Assembly: GCA_013239625.1 (NCBI GenBank)
Contig: MU055269.1
Location: 3,163,225 to 3,227,224, forward strand
Source of the DNA: Lama guanicoe
Taxonomy: Eukaryota
Direction: 5' to 3'
Length of the DNA stretch: 64,000 nt
Shown: in pieces, positions 24,001-35,069 of the stretch
How the letters are laid out: every line of letters starts with the position of its first letter
How positions within the stretch are numbered: the first letter of the stretch is position 1
Program-made: the position numbers and the translations under genes
Notes under the pieces: model-generated
What the model was told of the DNA's origin: nothing
What the model saw: only the letters and a program-made list of their open reading frames with translations
Databases searched by the model: none

Positions 24001-24445
24001 TGAGGGTGTGGGAGAACCAGGGCCTCCCCGCCGCCTCTGGGCGAAGCCGAGTGCCGGAAACCAGGAGGCCGGCTCATGGCTCAAGTCAGGTGTCGATTCG
24101 CCGTATTCATTACAGTTCTCCGAGGAACGCCGCCAGGCGGGACGTTTAGAGGATTAAGGTCAGGATAAAACTGAGAAAGAAAAGAGTGAAAAGGGAAGGA
24201 AAGGGGGCAGGAGGGAGGCCAAACTGCTGCTCAAAAGCCTGAAAATCTGTCACTGAAAACTGTGTCCGACACGGAGAGACGGCAAACACTGCCGCCACCT
24301 TCTGAAGTAGGCGTCTGGTACGGAACAGGAGAAAGAAGCTTCCACAGAAAACTCTGTGAGAAAACAGACAGTACAGAGCAACAGTTCGCACTCAGAAGGC
24401 TTCTGCTCTTTAAAGCAGCATTGCCTCTAACTTCTTCCTCTTCCT

Positions 24446-25001
24446 GAAGCAGAGTCAGTTACGGTGTTGCGCCAGTTTCTCGCGTGCGGCGTAATGGCTC
24501 AGTCACACATACACGTGCCTGTGTTTCTTTCCATGTTCTTTCTCACTATAGGTGACGGTAAGAGACTGAATACAGTTCCCTGTGCTGTGCAGAAGAAACG
24601 TGTTCTTCATCTGTTTCATGCACAGTAGTTAGTATCTGAAAGTCCCGAATTCCCAGTTTATCCCTTCCCACCCTCCCCTCCCTGGTTACCATAAGTTTGT
24701 TTTCTATGTCTGTGAGGCTGTTTCTGTTTTGTAAGTAAGTTCATTTGTGCCTCTTTTTTTAATATTCCACATATAAGTGCTATCGTATGGTATTTTTCTT
24801 TCNNNNNNNNNNNNNNNNNNNNNNNNNNNNNNNNNNNNNNNNNNNNNNNNNNNNNNNNNNNNNNNNNNNNNNNNNNNNNNNNNNNNNNNNNNNNNNNNNN
24901 NNNNNNNNNNNNNNNNNNNNNNNNNNNNNNNNNNNNNNNNNNNNNNNNNNNNNNNNNNNNNNNNNNNNNNNNNNNNNNNNNNNNNNNNNNNNNNNNNNNN
25001 N
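24446..25001 (-). mobile_element. Camelid/artiodactyl L1 3' UTR, antisense, continuing into N-run 24803-25001
   Basis: GAAGCAGAGTCAGTTAC..GAATACAGTTCCCTGTGCTGT..CCCAGTTTATCCCTTCCCACCC..GGTTACCATAAGTTTGTTTTCTATGTCTGTGAG is the reverse complement of the L1 copy at 61308-61690. Confidence 0.92.
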
Positions 25002-28000
25002 TTCTTTAAAGGAAAAAAAAGTAAGTTTCCTGAATAAACATGAGATGCAAAATACGATTTGTTTAAATTTGATTTACACATGGCTCTTCCAGGGAAGATC
25101 CAGTGAGGGTCAGACTGGGACCCCCACACACCAGACACAAGCAGAGAGCGGGGGGGGGCTCGGCCACTGGACCAGCCTCCACTGGCCTCTGACCGAGCAT
25201 GTGGGGGAGCCCCATGGCTCCGGAGGGACAGCCTGGGCGGGACTGTGGCTCCCAGGACCCAGGGCCTGCTGGGAAGACTATTATCACTCGTAACGTGGCT
25301 CCTACACCTTCCAGCTTCCAAGGGGCCAGGGTCTCCAGCCAGGCCCAGGCGGCCTGGACCTCACACATCCTTTCAGCGCTTCCGATGGGCAGGCATTCAC
25401 GTGCTTGTCCAGCCCACACACTGCGGGGCCCCTGTCCCCTCTCAAGCTCACGTCTTCTTAACCCACTTCTTCCTCCACAAGGTAAAACCGGCTGAGGGTC
25501 TCCTCTGTGAGGGGCATGCCGTGTGGGGCCAGCCGGGACGCGAGAGGCCTCGCAGCGGCCCCACGGGGCCGTGGAGCGTCACGTGAGACAGCGTGAAACG
25601 GGGCTGCTGCACCTCGGGTCGCAGGGCACCCCGTGCCAGCGCGGTCCCTGCAGAGGACACTCACCCTCACACACAGAACAGAAACAGCAGGGGTCCGACA
25701 CACGCCCCCCCACCCCCGTCCGCGCACCCTGGGCTCCGACCGCCTCCATTTCATCCCCGTCTGTCGGTTTTCATTTCACGTCTACCTGCTGGATGCCTCC
25801 ACTACTGGGCCGTGACCCAAGCTTTGAAAACCGCTGGTGAGGGGACCTGGGAAGGCTTCCCGGGCGGTCAGTGCCCTGGGGGTGCTGTGGACAGTACTCG
25901 GGCTGTGTGAGAGGAGCCCCGGGGACCCACAGCCCTCCTGTCCCCACCCCTCATGACAGACCCGCCACGTTTTCTCAGGGCTGTGCGTCTCCGAAGTGGG
26001 GGCCTGGTGACCGACCCCTGGAGAGCCCACAGCCTCCCCACTCTCACCAGCTGGCCAGCCAGGGCCTCGGCCGTGCACACTGGAAACGGGCTGAGGTTAT
26101 CCGCACAATTCCCGCCTCACAGGTGTGGGAGGGCAGCAGAGAGGACCACGTCTGCAGCGAGACCGGCCCCCGAACAGCTGCAGCTGGCGGGGTGGCTCTG
26201 GAAACCCCCCAGGAGAGGGCGTGACTGTGTCTGTTTAAAACATGGTTACATAAGGACACGATCATCGGTGACGTTAGCACGTTTCCAGGACTAGCGAAGC
26301 GGCCAGACTGAGAGCAGACGCGGCTCTTTGGGTGTCGGGACCATGAATTTGCTGTGCCCACGGCTCCCGGAGCGGCTTCTGTTCCTGCCGGAAGCACCTA
26401 TCGCGTGTCCGGCCCCTCCTCTCGCGGCAGAAGCATCAGGGCCCTCGCCCTGCAGGGGACCTCCACACAGTCCTGCTCCCACGGGAGCCAAGGGCGACAG
26501 ATGCCAAGCCTGAGGGCGTCACTGGGAAGTCACAGTCTCTTTTCACCTGCCACTGAAAAGCAAAGAAGTTTTCAAAGCCCAAGATCTGGCCCAAATTTTA
26601 GCAACCGAATACCTGTGCAGAAGATGATCCTTGTTCATTCAACTGCCCGTGTTTTGGGCGACTTCCTACTGATCCGCACAGCCGGCTGCTGATTTTGTCC
26701 CATGTTGTGTCAAACGACACATGCAGCCACGCGTCCCACTGTGGTCACACACTTCAACGCAATCCATCAACCGCCTTGAGATTAAAAAGCACTAAATTTC
26801 AAGATCCAAGAACTATTTGGCCCTAAGAAAGTATTAACGACATAAAATACATTTTTAAGATTTTTTTCAAAAGGGAAGAACTTTAAGAACTCTCAGAGGG
26901 GAAATGTCCCTTTAGAGGAAACGTCCCAGGCTCACGGAGGCTTTGCGGAGGCTGCGGGGAGAGGACCCCACCCCGCCTCCCGCGTTTGCTGTCACGCTGT
27001 CCCCCGCGCCGATGCCTGGCCGGGGCGAGAGGCCTCCCTCCGTGGGCTCCACTGTCCCCTCACACCTCCTACAACAGAGGCCGGCCCCCGGCGGCTGCGT
27101 GGCCCCTCTGGTCCAACAGGTCCTCACTGAAGCCATCACGGCCCCAGGACCTCGAATTCCATTTTTTTAAATCGAGTTGCTGTACCCAAGAGTGGTCATG
27201 TGCAAATGCTGTCCCGGGGACCCTTTATTGCCTTTCCTTTCCAGAGGTCCTCCCGCCCCTGCGTTCCGGCCCCTCTGACAAGGTCACTCACTGGAGAGAA
27301 GAGGGAGCTATTTATGTTCTTCAGATGTTTACCTTCAGTAAAGACACTTCAAAGAGCGCTTACGGGGCTCTGCCCTGCCCGGCAAACACTTAAAACTCAT
27401 GGCTGTGATGGATGGAGCCGCTCCCCAGATTTAATAAATTGAAGCAGTGGCCTGCTCCCTCCCGGGCAGCCGCCCCTAATGGCCCGCCGCTCACGGGTGG
27501 CCGGGCTGCACAGCTTGAGTTCCAGGCGGAGCCGCGGTGACAGCCCAGACCCTTTTTATTTCCTCCCCGAGTGTCCCGTCTGAGCGGGATGGTCTGTTAA
27601 TGTTTCCGCCAGAGCAGGCCACAATCTCGACTCGATCTCCCTCTGGGCGGTGATTCCCGTAAAGATTACCCGTTCTCCTTCAACAGCGAGTTGCCCAGAC
27701 GGGTTTGAGGAACATCCTTAGCTGGGGGGAGAATGTAAATACATCTAAACGCTACCTCACCGAACACATTAAGCTGCTCGAGGCTTGATGACAGCAGGAG
27801 GTCCCAGGAGGATGCCCACGGGGCAGAGCCCTCCGAACAACACAGGTTAAACATTAAACGTTAACCGACTTCAGCCTTTCTGTCCGTGGCCGCAGGGGGC
27901 CTGGGGGGCCACGGGCTCGGGGGCCTCATTCAGGCAAGAAACAGCATCGCCTCTCGACGCCCGTGTTCACCGTGGTGCCTGCGTCGAGTTAGAACCTGGG

Positions 28001-28039
28001 CCCCCGACTCAGGACCCCCACTCACTCGTCTTCATAAGC

Positions 28040-28150
28040 GTTATGTTATTTACCACTTTTAAAAGCAAAGGAGCTGAGGTGGGGGGAGGTTAGGCCTCTC
28101 GGCCGGGGTCTCTCAGCAGACGTACAGCTCAGCCGGGAACGCGCTCTCCG
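28040..28150 (-). mobile_element. MIR SINE (degraded)
   Basis: TTATTTACCACTTTTAAAAGCAAAGGAGCTGAGG..GAGGTTAGGCCTCTCGGCCGGGGTCTCTCAGC..AGCCGGGA follows the antisense MIR core. Confidence 0.55.
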
Positions 28151-28573
28151 ATCGCGGCCGCCGCGTCCTCCGCACGAGGATGGCTCAGACAAGGCGGCAC
28201 GCCCACCGACCACGCACTGCGGGACGTGACAGTGTCACTGCTGACTCAGCCCGTGAGGCTGGCAGGCCCGTTCCCCACGGGGACAGCGCCCGTAAAACGC
28301 TCAGGAGCGGAGAGGGCGGCAGGTTGCTGCAACAGTAAAGAATTCTGAAAGGGGTCTGTCATTTGCAAACTGTGCTGGCCTGGAGTGGAAGTTAGCACAC
28401 AGCCACAGCCACAGCCACAAACGAAGGGTCTCATGGAGGAGGCTTCTGCCAACTGGAGCCCCCGGGAGGACAGGGTGGCACGTGGCAAGGACCACAGCAG
28501 ACCCCCAGGAGGGGCCAGTCAGTCACACCCTCTGATGCCTGCACGACGAGGGGCAACAGGAAAAGTCAATTCA

Positions 28574-28604
28574 TGTGTCTGTGTGTGTGTGTGTCTGTGT
28601 GTCT
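28574..28604. repeat. (TG)n microsatellite, interrupted
   Basis: Seen directly. Confidence 0.85.
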
Positions 28605-29077
28605 GTCCTCCACCGCAGATTCATTTTGCAACCGTCAAATATAAGCACAAGGGTAGTAAGTGAACTGTAACTTCCTGTGGTTTGAGCTCACCAGGAAAGG
28701 CAGAGCTCCCTGGGAGCGTGGGGCGGCGGGTCGCGCACCCGCTGCAGGTGTGTTTGAAGGAAGCACAGGTTGTAGCATCACAGGTAAATGATAAGGTGTC
28801 AAGATGAGCTTGAAACTGAAATCCAAATTTCATTAAAATGCTCATCCCACACTTAATGAAATGAAGCATGTCCTGAGCATTCAGCTGAGAACACCTGTGT
28901 TGGGGAGTCTTTAGGAAAACACGGGCGGCCCCTCCCCAAAGGGCTGCTGGTTCAGATGTTGCAGAGGCAGGAAGGACTCGTGACTGCCGTGTCCTCAGGC
29001 CAAGTCGGGCGGGAAGGGGTGGAGCAAGGTCCCACCAGGCGAGGGCACAGAGCGGCCCCGGGAGCACAGCAGCGCCA

Positions 29078-29160
29078 AGTCCAGCAACGTGACACAGGTA
29101 CACGTGGATTACAGATACATACACATATGTTTTCAGATTCTTTTCAATCATAGCTTATTA
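29078..29160 (-). mobile_element. Short antisense L1 3' UTR fragment
   Basis: CAGCAACGTGACACAG..ATACATACACATATGTTTTCAGATTCTTTTCAATCATAGCTTATTA matches the reverse complement of the L1 tail (cf. 61565-61640). Confidence 0.6.
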
Positions 29161-29216
29161 AAAGAAACACTTTTTAATAAAGCAGAATTTCCTCATCTGC
29201 ACCTGAAGCACCAAAG

Positions 29217-29300
29217 CCGGGGCTGTCGGGACCCCGGGCTGCGGGGCTGACCCGGGGCTGACCGTCGGGATCCCGGGCTGCGGGGCTGACCCGGGCTGTC
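29217..29300. repeat. CpG-rich 39-bp tandem duplication built from CGGGGCTG subunits
   Basis: 29225-29263 is nearly identical to 29264-29300. Confidence 0.85.
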
Positions 29301-30225
29301 ACGCCCTCCTACACTTGTCAGGGGTCAGGCCACACCTTTCTGTGTGTGTGAGCGGGGTCGTCTTAGTCCCCCAGGCAGCCAGCCCCGCAGAGGTAGCTCT
29401 CGTCTGCACCGCAGTCCAGTCACAAGACGTCCCCGCCCCGTCCTCCAGGCTGCCTCAGAGGTGGCGAGAAGTCCATCTTCAGTTCAGGAAAGTCGCTCTT
29501 GGTTCCCGACCCACAGGAGTAAGTAGCGTGTGAAGTGCAGTCTGGGGGCAAGTTTGAAACCACAGCCCTGGTGACCAGGGGTCGCTGTGTCTGAGACGTG
29601 GGGGGCTCTGCTGCCTCTCCCCCTCGAAGGGACCACCGCATGGAAATGGCACTTCTGTTCAGGCCGCCCCCGGAAGCTGGCCGCGGAGCTGGGTGTCCCC
29701 ACCGTGCACAGAATACATGTCTCCTTTAGTCAAAATGAATCTTACCCTGTTCCAGAAGGCTGCCTCTCGTTAATGAAACCATTGTAATTAAGAATTAAAA
29801 AAATGCAAGAAATGTGCAATTCAGACGTCCGGTGCGGCTGCAAGGTAACTGTTAGCTCTCTGATTGGAACCGTTTTGACCTCTGACCCTGGCTGCCTCGT
29901 CATTAGCATGGCCGTTAGGGTCCTCACTGGGGTCTGACACTAAGGGACAACGACCTCCCCTCCAGCAAAAGAGACATTAGCCGATCTGTGTCCACTGGAC
30001 CACAAATGACCCCGACTCAGCGTCATATCCATCACCAAAAAGGCATCATGACACAGGGCTGGCACGGGGGCAGGCTGTCCCCCTCACCTGGGAGGCTGCG
30101 CACCTGGGCGTGAGCTCGGAGGTAGGCCCCTCACGCTCTGCACCTTTGGGGAGAGTCAGACTTCTTCCAGACGTTCCTTTACAAACGCAACGTCGTTCCC
30201 ACTTTGTGTCGAAAGCTGGGTGGGG

Positions 30226-30265
30226 AAGTTGACACAACACTGTAAACTGACTACACTTCAGTCAA
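30226..30265 (+). mobile_element. Extremely 5'-truncated L1 (terminal ~40 nt only)
   Basis: AAGTTGACACAACACTGTAAACTGACTACACTTCA vs AAATTGACACAATGTTGTAAACTGACTATACTTCA at ~61652. Confidence 0.75.
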
Positions 30266-32939
30266 GGATACAGGAGGGTGTGAAAAACATTCAACAGCCC
30301 ACGAGATGCCTAAAAACAACCTGCTGGGTGGGCGGGGGTTCCCGGTTTGTGCCTTTGACACACTCCCTCGGCAGCAGTGCTGCAGGTGGCAGGGCCCCTC
30401 CATCCTGCTGGAGACGCCGCCGTGAGCTCGGACCCCTGTCCCCGCCCCCACCCCAGCCGCTGACAGCAATTGAATCTATGGGAGGAAGGAATTCACCTCG
30501 CGCCACCCCACCGTAATTATAACTCGTTGCCGACGTCCAGCTCTGACAGGCTCCATCTCGTCTGCCCCTGGGCACTGAGGCCCTCATTTACAGCCTCAAG
30601 ACCATCTCACTCATGGCGGCTCGCCGGACGCCAGGGCGGGTGATGGATAGACTGGAGGGGGGCGGTGTTGGTAGCACAGACGGTGCAGTGACGGACAATC
30701 AGGCAAATTGCTCAGAAGTCCACAGGCGGCCTCGGCAGCAGGCGTGGGTGCGGATGTTGAGACGGCCGGACCCTCGGGGAGCCGGGGAAGGGGCTGGCTG
30801 GAGCCTCGCCACTCCCACGGATAGCAGGGCTGCGTGCCAGGGTGCTGGCTCACCGCCTCATCCCCCATCAGTGGTGTCTCTGGCTCCTCCTCCTGCGCCC
30901 CAAGGTCCCGTCCCGAAGCGCAGAGCAGAAACCAACCGGGGACCGGCTCACCGGCTCCGAGTCACCGACGTCCTCACCCCACGCTTTCTCTCCTCCTCCT
31001 CAACAGCACTTCCTCACAGGCTGCTTGGTTCGTGACCCGCAGCACCGGCCTGCGGTATTTTATGTTCCCGCTCCCTGCCAGGTGGTTCATCACCGTCCTG
31101 ACAGAAGCCACCAGCTTACGCAAACAAGCGTTTGGCCCGTGGCAGGACTCGGCCGCCGGCAGGGAGGATAACGCCCGTGACCCCCGCCACACCGACCTCG
31201 GAGACGGGCGCGGATGGAAGGTCACTCCTAGAACGAGCCTCCCGAGTAAAGTCCGCGTGACGCCCGCGAGAAGACATGAGGGAGAAGGCAGGCCGAACGC
31301 CGGGCCGCACAGAGACAGGTCACTTCACCAAGTGACAAGAAAACGTGCTCTCTGCCTGAATGCCCCATTGCTGATAATTTATCAAGGTTTGCAAATCACA
31401 CTTTTTCACATTATTTCATGCATGGATTCCCACCCTGCTTCCTGCAATTATATGTGCATATTTGGGGAGAGAGACAGGGAACGGGACTCTGGGAGGGGGT
31501 GGCGGTTTCTCTTCTTGCAAACCTGCAGGTCAGTTTGTTCGTCTGTGAAGGGCGTTCAGGATCTCAGCCTCGGCAGTGCGGTCCTTGCTGCGGCCCTCCA
31601 TCCTGCGTTTACTTTGTCTCTTCCTCAGCTCTAAGGGGCAGTCGGTCAGCTTTCGACAGAAGCCACCTCTCTCCGAGGAGCGTGGTTCTTCGCCGCGTCC
31701 CCGTAAAAAGCATGCTGTAGCAGAATATGCGGCAACAGGGAAACGCTTACAGCACATCGAGGATGAGAGCAGGTGGCTCCGTTCGCGTAACAGAAGCCCG
31801 AGGAGCACAGGTGCACGCGGGCGCCTGGAGGGGGCCCGCGCGTCCCCCGGGTCAGCGTCTCTGCCCATCTTCCTCCTCCTCCTCCGTGCTCCCCGACCCC
31901 TTGGGGCGTCTTCCCTCCGGGCATGAGGTGCGTCTACAGCCGGAGGGGAGCCCGGAATGCTGCTGGGCTTGCAACCTGAAGGGCGTCTCCCCTCATGGCT
32001 CAAGCCCCTCCTCTCTCCACCTCCTCCTCCGATTTGAGTGAAACCACACATCTTTCTGGGTCTCTGAGCAATACTCTCATTAGGGCTCAGCTGGTGGAAA
32101 AATCGCCAGTATTACCCTTCTTTCTGCCTTCAGAGTGAGCGGGTCGCCCCTCAGCAGGCTGGGGATCCTACTTCATCTGCCGGGGGTGGGGGCTGGTCCG
32201 GAGGGAGGAGGCAGCGGGGGTGGGGAAGGAGGCCAGGTTCTGGTGGGACTAGGGGACGGCGTCAGGGAGAACATTCCAGCGCCTCCGGGAGGCCTGGCCT
32301 GCGGTCCTGGCAACACCTGCTCGTCGTCACTTTCAAAGCCAGGCGGCAGGTGTACGGGGAGCAGGGGACGGAGTCGCTCTGCCAGAAACCAGCTGCCAAG
32401 CACCCCCGGCCTTCGTTTCAGCTCGAGAAACTCGGGGAACACACACCCCAAGTCCAGGGCCTCTTCCAGCCCGCGGCGTCCCAGGCAACCCTCAGCCGGG
32501 GAGTCGGGCAGGCGGGCGGGCCCCGGGGGTGGGGGTGCAGATCCTGGAGGGCCCGGGACACTGACTCCTGATGCACAGACCTCGACGGCCCTGAAGGCAG
32601 TAGACTGCGAGGGCGCAGTCACGTTCCTGGGGCGGGCGCTGATTGCCATCTGGACGCTTTGCCACAACAGCGAGGCACTGGCTGACCAGCTCTTCTTTTT
32701 TTTTTAACAGGAGAAACTCTCAGGGAGCTGAACCGTTTGTTCTGAGAGGGCGACAGGCCAGGCCCAGGGCGGGGGGGCTCAGGACTCCGAGCCTCGCTCA
32801 CCAAATTCAGGGCGGCTCCCGGGAGACAGGCGTGGGTGGGTCCCTGTCGTGGGGTGGGGATCTGCCCGACTGTGGAACACGGCCTCAGCCCGGTGACTTC
32901 TAACCGACTCCGCCTAGACTCCTCCACGTGTAAGTGGAG

Positions 32940-33320
32940 GCCCTGGGCCACTGACCCACTGACCCCACCCCAGCAGCCCGTGGCCCCGCCCCGTGGCCCC
33001 GCCCCCGGCCGCGGCCCTGCGCTGAGTCCCGGGACCGCCGTCAGCATCCTTCAGGGCTGGACTCAAGCTCAGCGAGGCTTCTGTCCCACGGCGCCGCACC
33101 CCCGCTCCCCGAGCCCCAGCCCTGCAGCAGCCCCAGGCCCTGGCGTGGGGAGGGTCCCCGAGGCCCGAAGGGTCTCCTCCCACCACTGTCCGCGCCGCCC
33201 CACCACTTGGTAGGTTGCTTTGCACCCACGGACTCGGGAACGCCAGTCCCACTGGCCCCTTAGAAAACCCGCATCGCGGCCAGTGCCGGTCCACGGGCGT
33301 GGCTGGCGTGGGCGTGGCAG
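32940..33320. promoter_or_regulatory. GC-box-rich, CpG-rich promoter/enhancer-like element
   Basis: Tandem GTGGCCCCGCCCC x2 (32980-33005), GGCGTGGGCGTGGC near 33305, elevated CpG. Confidence 0.45.
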
Positions 33321-33594
33321 AGCTGCATCTCACTCCGGGCGCTCTCGGGAAGGGGAGAGCTCTCACAGGGGCCTCTTCACACAGTTCACGTTGCAAAACC
33401 TTCTCAAGACTGAACATTCGTGAAGACTCTCATGCCCCTGAAAGCGGTATTGGGATTGACAAAAGGGACCCAGGGCCTTGATGGTGCAGAGGGACACCCA
33501 AGTATCTCTCCCCAACTCTGTGAGTGGCCACCCCTCCCCAGGGCCCCACTTGGTGAGGCTCCCTGTGACCTCAGCTAAATCCACCTTAATTTGC

Positions 33595-33720
33595 TCCCTC
33601 AAAATAAAATGCAGGTTCTTGGTCCCCAGCACCAGAGTTCTGAGTCTGGTTCTCCAGCTGGCTAATAGGGGCGTCACCCCTCCAATCTGCATCAATGCAT
33701 GCACAACACACCCTGGGCAC
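33595..33720. mobile_element. Possible MER5A (hAT-Charlie) fragment
   Basis: AAAATGCAGGTTCTTGGTCCCCAGCACCAGAGTTCTGAGTC..AATCTGCAT resembles the MER5A internal motif. Confidence 0.4.
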
Positions 33721-34001
33721 GCGCGACCTTGTCCCCCTGTGGTGCGAGGCTGGCGTCCATTGATTTCATGGAGAAACCCCGTCAAAAGGCTATGAACGTG
33801 TTGTGGCTGGAAAATGCCAAGTGGGGTGGGGGGACAGTACCCTCAGATTACCCGCAGAAAGATGTTGCCCCACCCTCTGGGGTCGCGCCTGCAGGAAGCC
33901 ACCCGCAGGTGTGTGCTTACGGCCTGAACACATTCACAGACTCAGAGAGCACTTTTACTCAAAGAAAGGGGCTCTTGACTTGTTTTGACTTTTTTCTTGT
34001 C

Positions 34002-34860
34002 TTTAACACCTTTATTGAGATGCAATTTGCAGTCCACCCTCTGTATCAGCAGGTTCCCCATCTGTGGGTTCAACCAACCACGGATGCAAAGTACTAGAAA
34101 AAAGATGCCAGAAAGTTCCAAAAACCAAAGTGGAATTTACCAGGTGCCAGCAACTGCTTACACAGCGTTGACATTAAATGACCTAGAGATGATTTATTTA
34201 ACGTATACGGAAGGATGTATGTAGGTTACATGCAAATACAAGGCCATTTTATACAGAGGACTTGAGAGCATCCTTGGATTTTGGTGCCCGAGGAGGCCCT
34301 GAGATCCAGGTCCCACAGGTGCCAAGGGACAACTGTACACCCCACAATGTTCAGTGTAATGTGCACCTTCCAGTGTCTTCATTATATTCTCAGAATTACG
34401 AGATCATCATCGTATGTTAATTTTATAACATTTTTATCACTCCAGAAGGAAAGCTTATACCCATCAGTAGTCACGCCCACTCCCCTACCCCACCCCCCGG
34501 GCAGCCACCAGCCCACTTTCTACTGGCATGTTTACTCTTCTGGACGTTCTATAAAAATGTCCTCACACATAGGTGGTCTTTTCTGGCTGGCTTCTTCCCC
34601 CAAGCAAAACGTTTTCAGGGTTCATCCCTTTGCGTGGCCAAACAGCACCCCACCGCGTGGACGGAGGACATGTCTTTCATCCTTCGTCAGCTGGCAGGCA
34701 CTGCGTTCGTGCTGTCTCCCTGCGGGGCTCTTGCTGGGATGCTGCTGAGAACGTCCCCGCACAGCCTTGTGCGGACGCGTGCTCGTTTCTCTCGGGTGCT
34801 TCGCCAGGAGCGCATTTCCGGGTCACACGCTATCTTGACGTTTAACATTTCGGGAAACTT
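34002..34860 (-). mobile_element. L1MB-type 3' end, antisense, interrupted by MER2B
   Basis: TTTAACACCTTTATTGAGATGCAATT then, after the insertion, AATTTTATAACATTTTTATCACTCCAGAAGGAAAGCTTATACCCATCAGTAGTCAC..CTGGACGTTCTATAAAAATG..GTTTTCAGGGTTCATCC. Confidence 0.85.
34030..34335. mobile_element. MER2B-like non-autonomous Tigger (Tc1/mariner) DNA transposon
   Basis: Termini CAGTCCACCCTCTGTATC / GGTGCCAAGGGACAACTG (degenerate TIRs), flanks TG and TA, internal CTAGAGATGATTTA..GGATGTATGTAGGTTACATGCAAATAC..CCATTTTATA and AAAGTTCCAAAAA motifs. Confidence 0.9.
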
Positions 34861-34921
34861 CTGTTGATTTTTACAGCTGTTGAAGCCCAGGGCTGCCAAG
34901 AACACCTTTCCTTTTATAACT

Positions 34922-35069
34922 TGTCTGTGTCTCTGTCTCTGTGCATGTGTCTCTGACTCTCTCTCTCTCTCTCTGTCTCTCTCTCTGTCTTTCTGTCTGT
35001 CTTTGTCTGTCTCTGTGTCTCCTTGCCTCTCTCTGTCTCTCTCTCTGTCTCTGTCTCTCTGTCCCTCTC
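34922..35069. repeat. (TC)n/(TCTG)n compound microsatellite
   Basis: Seen directly. Confidence 0.95.

Noticed and set aside
30834-31634. 266-aa ORF; WQDSAAGREDN is superficially reminiscent of Golli-MBP
   Set aside because: Similarity is limited to a few residues, with no collinear match or supporting splice sites
32173-32667. 164-aa proline-rich minus-strand ORF
   Set aside because: Low complexity from G-rich DNA, no recognisable homology, no convincing exon boundaries
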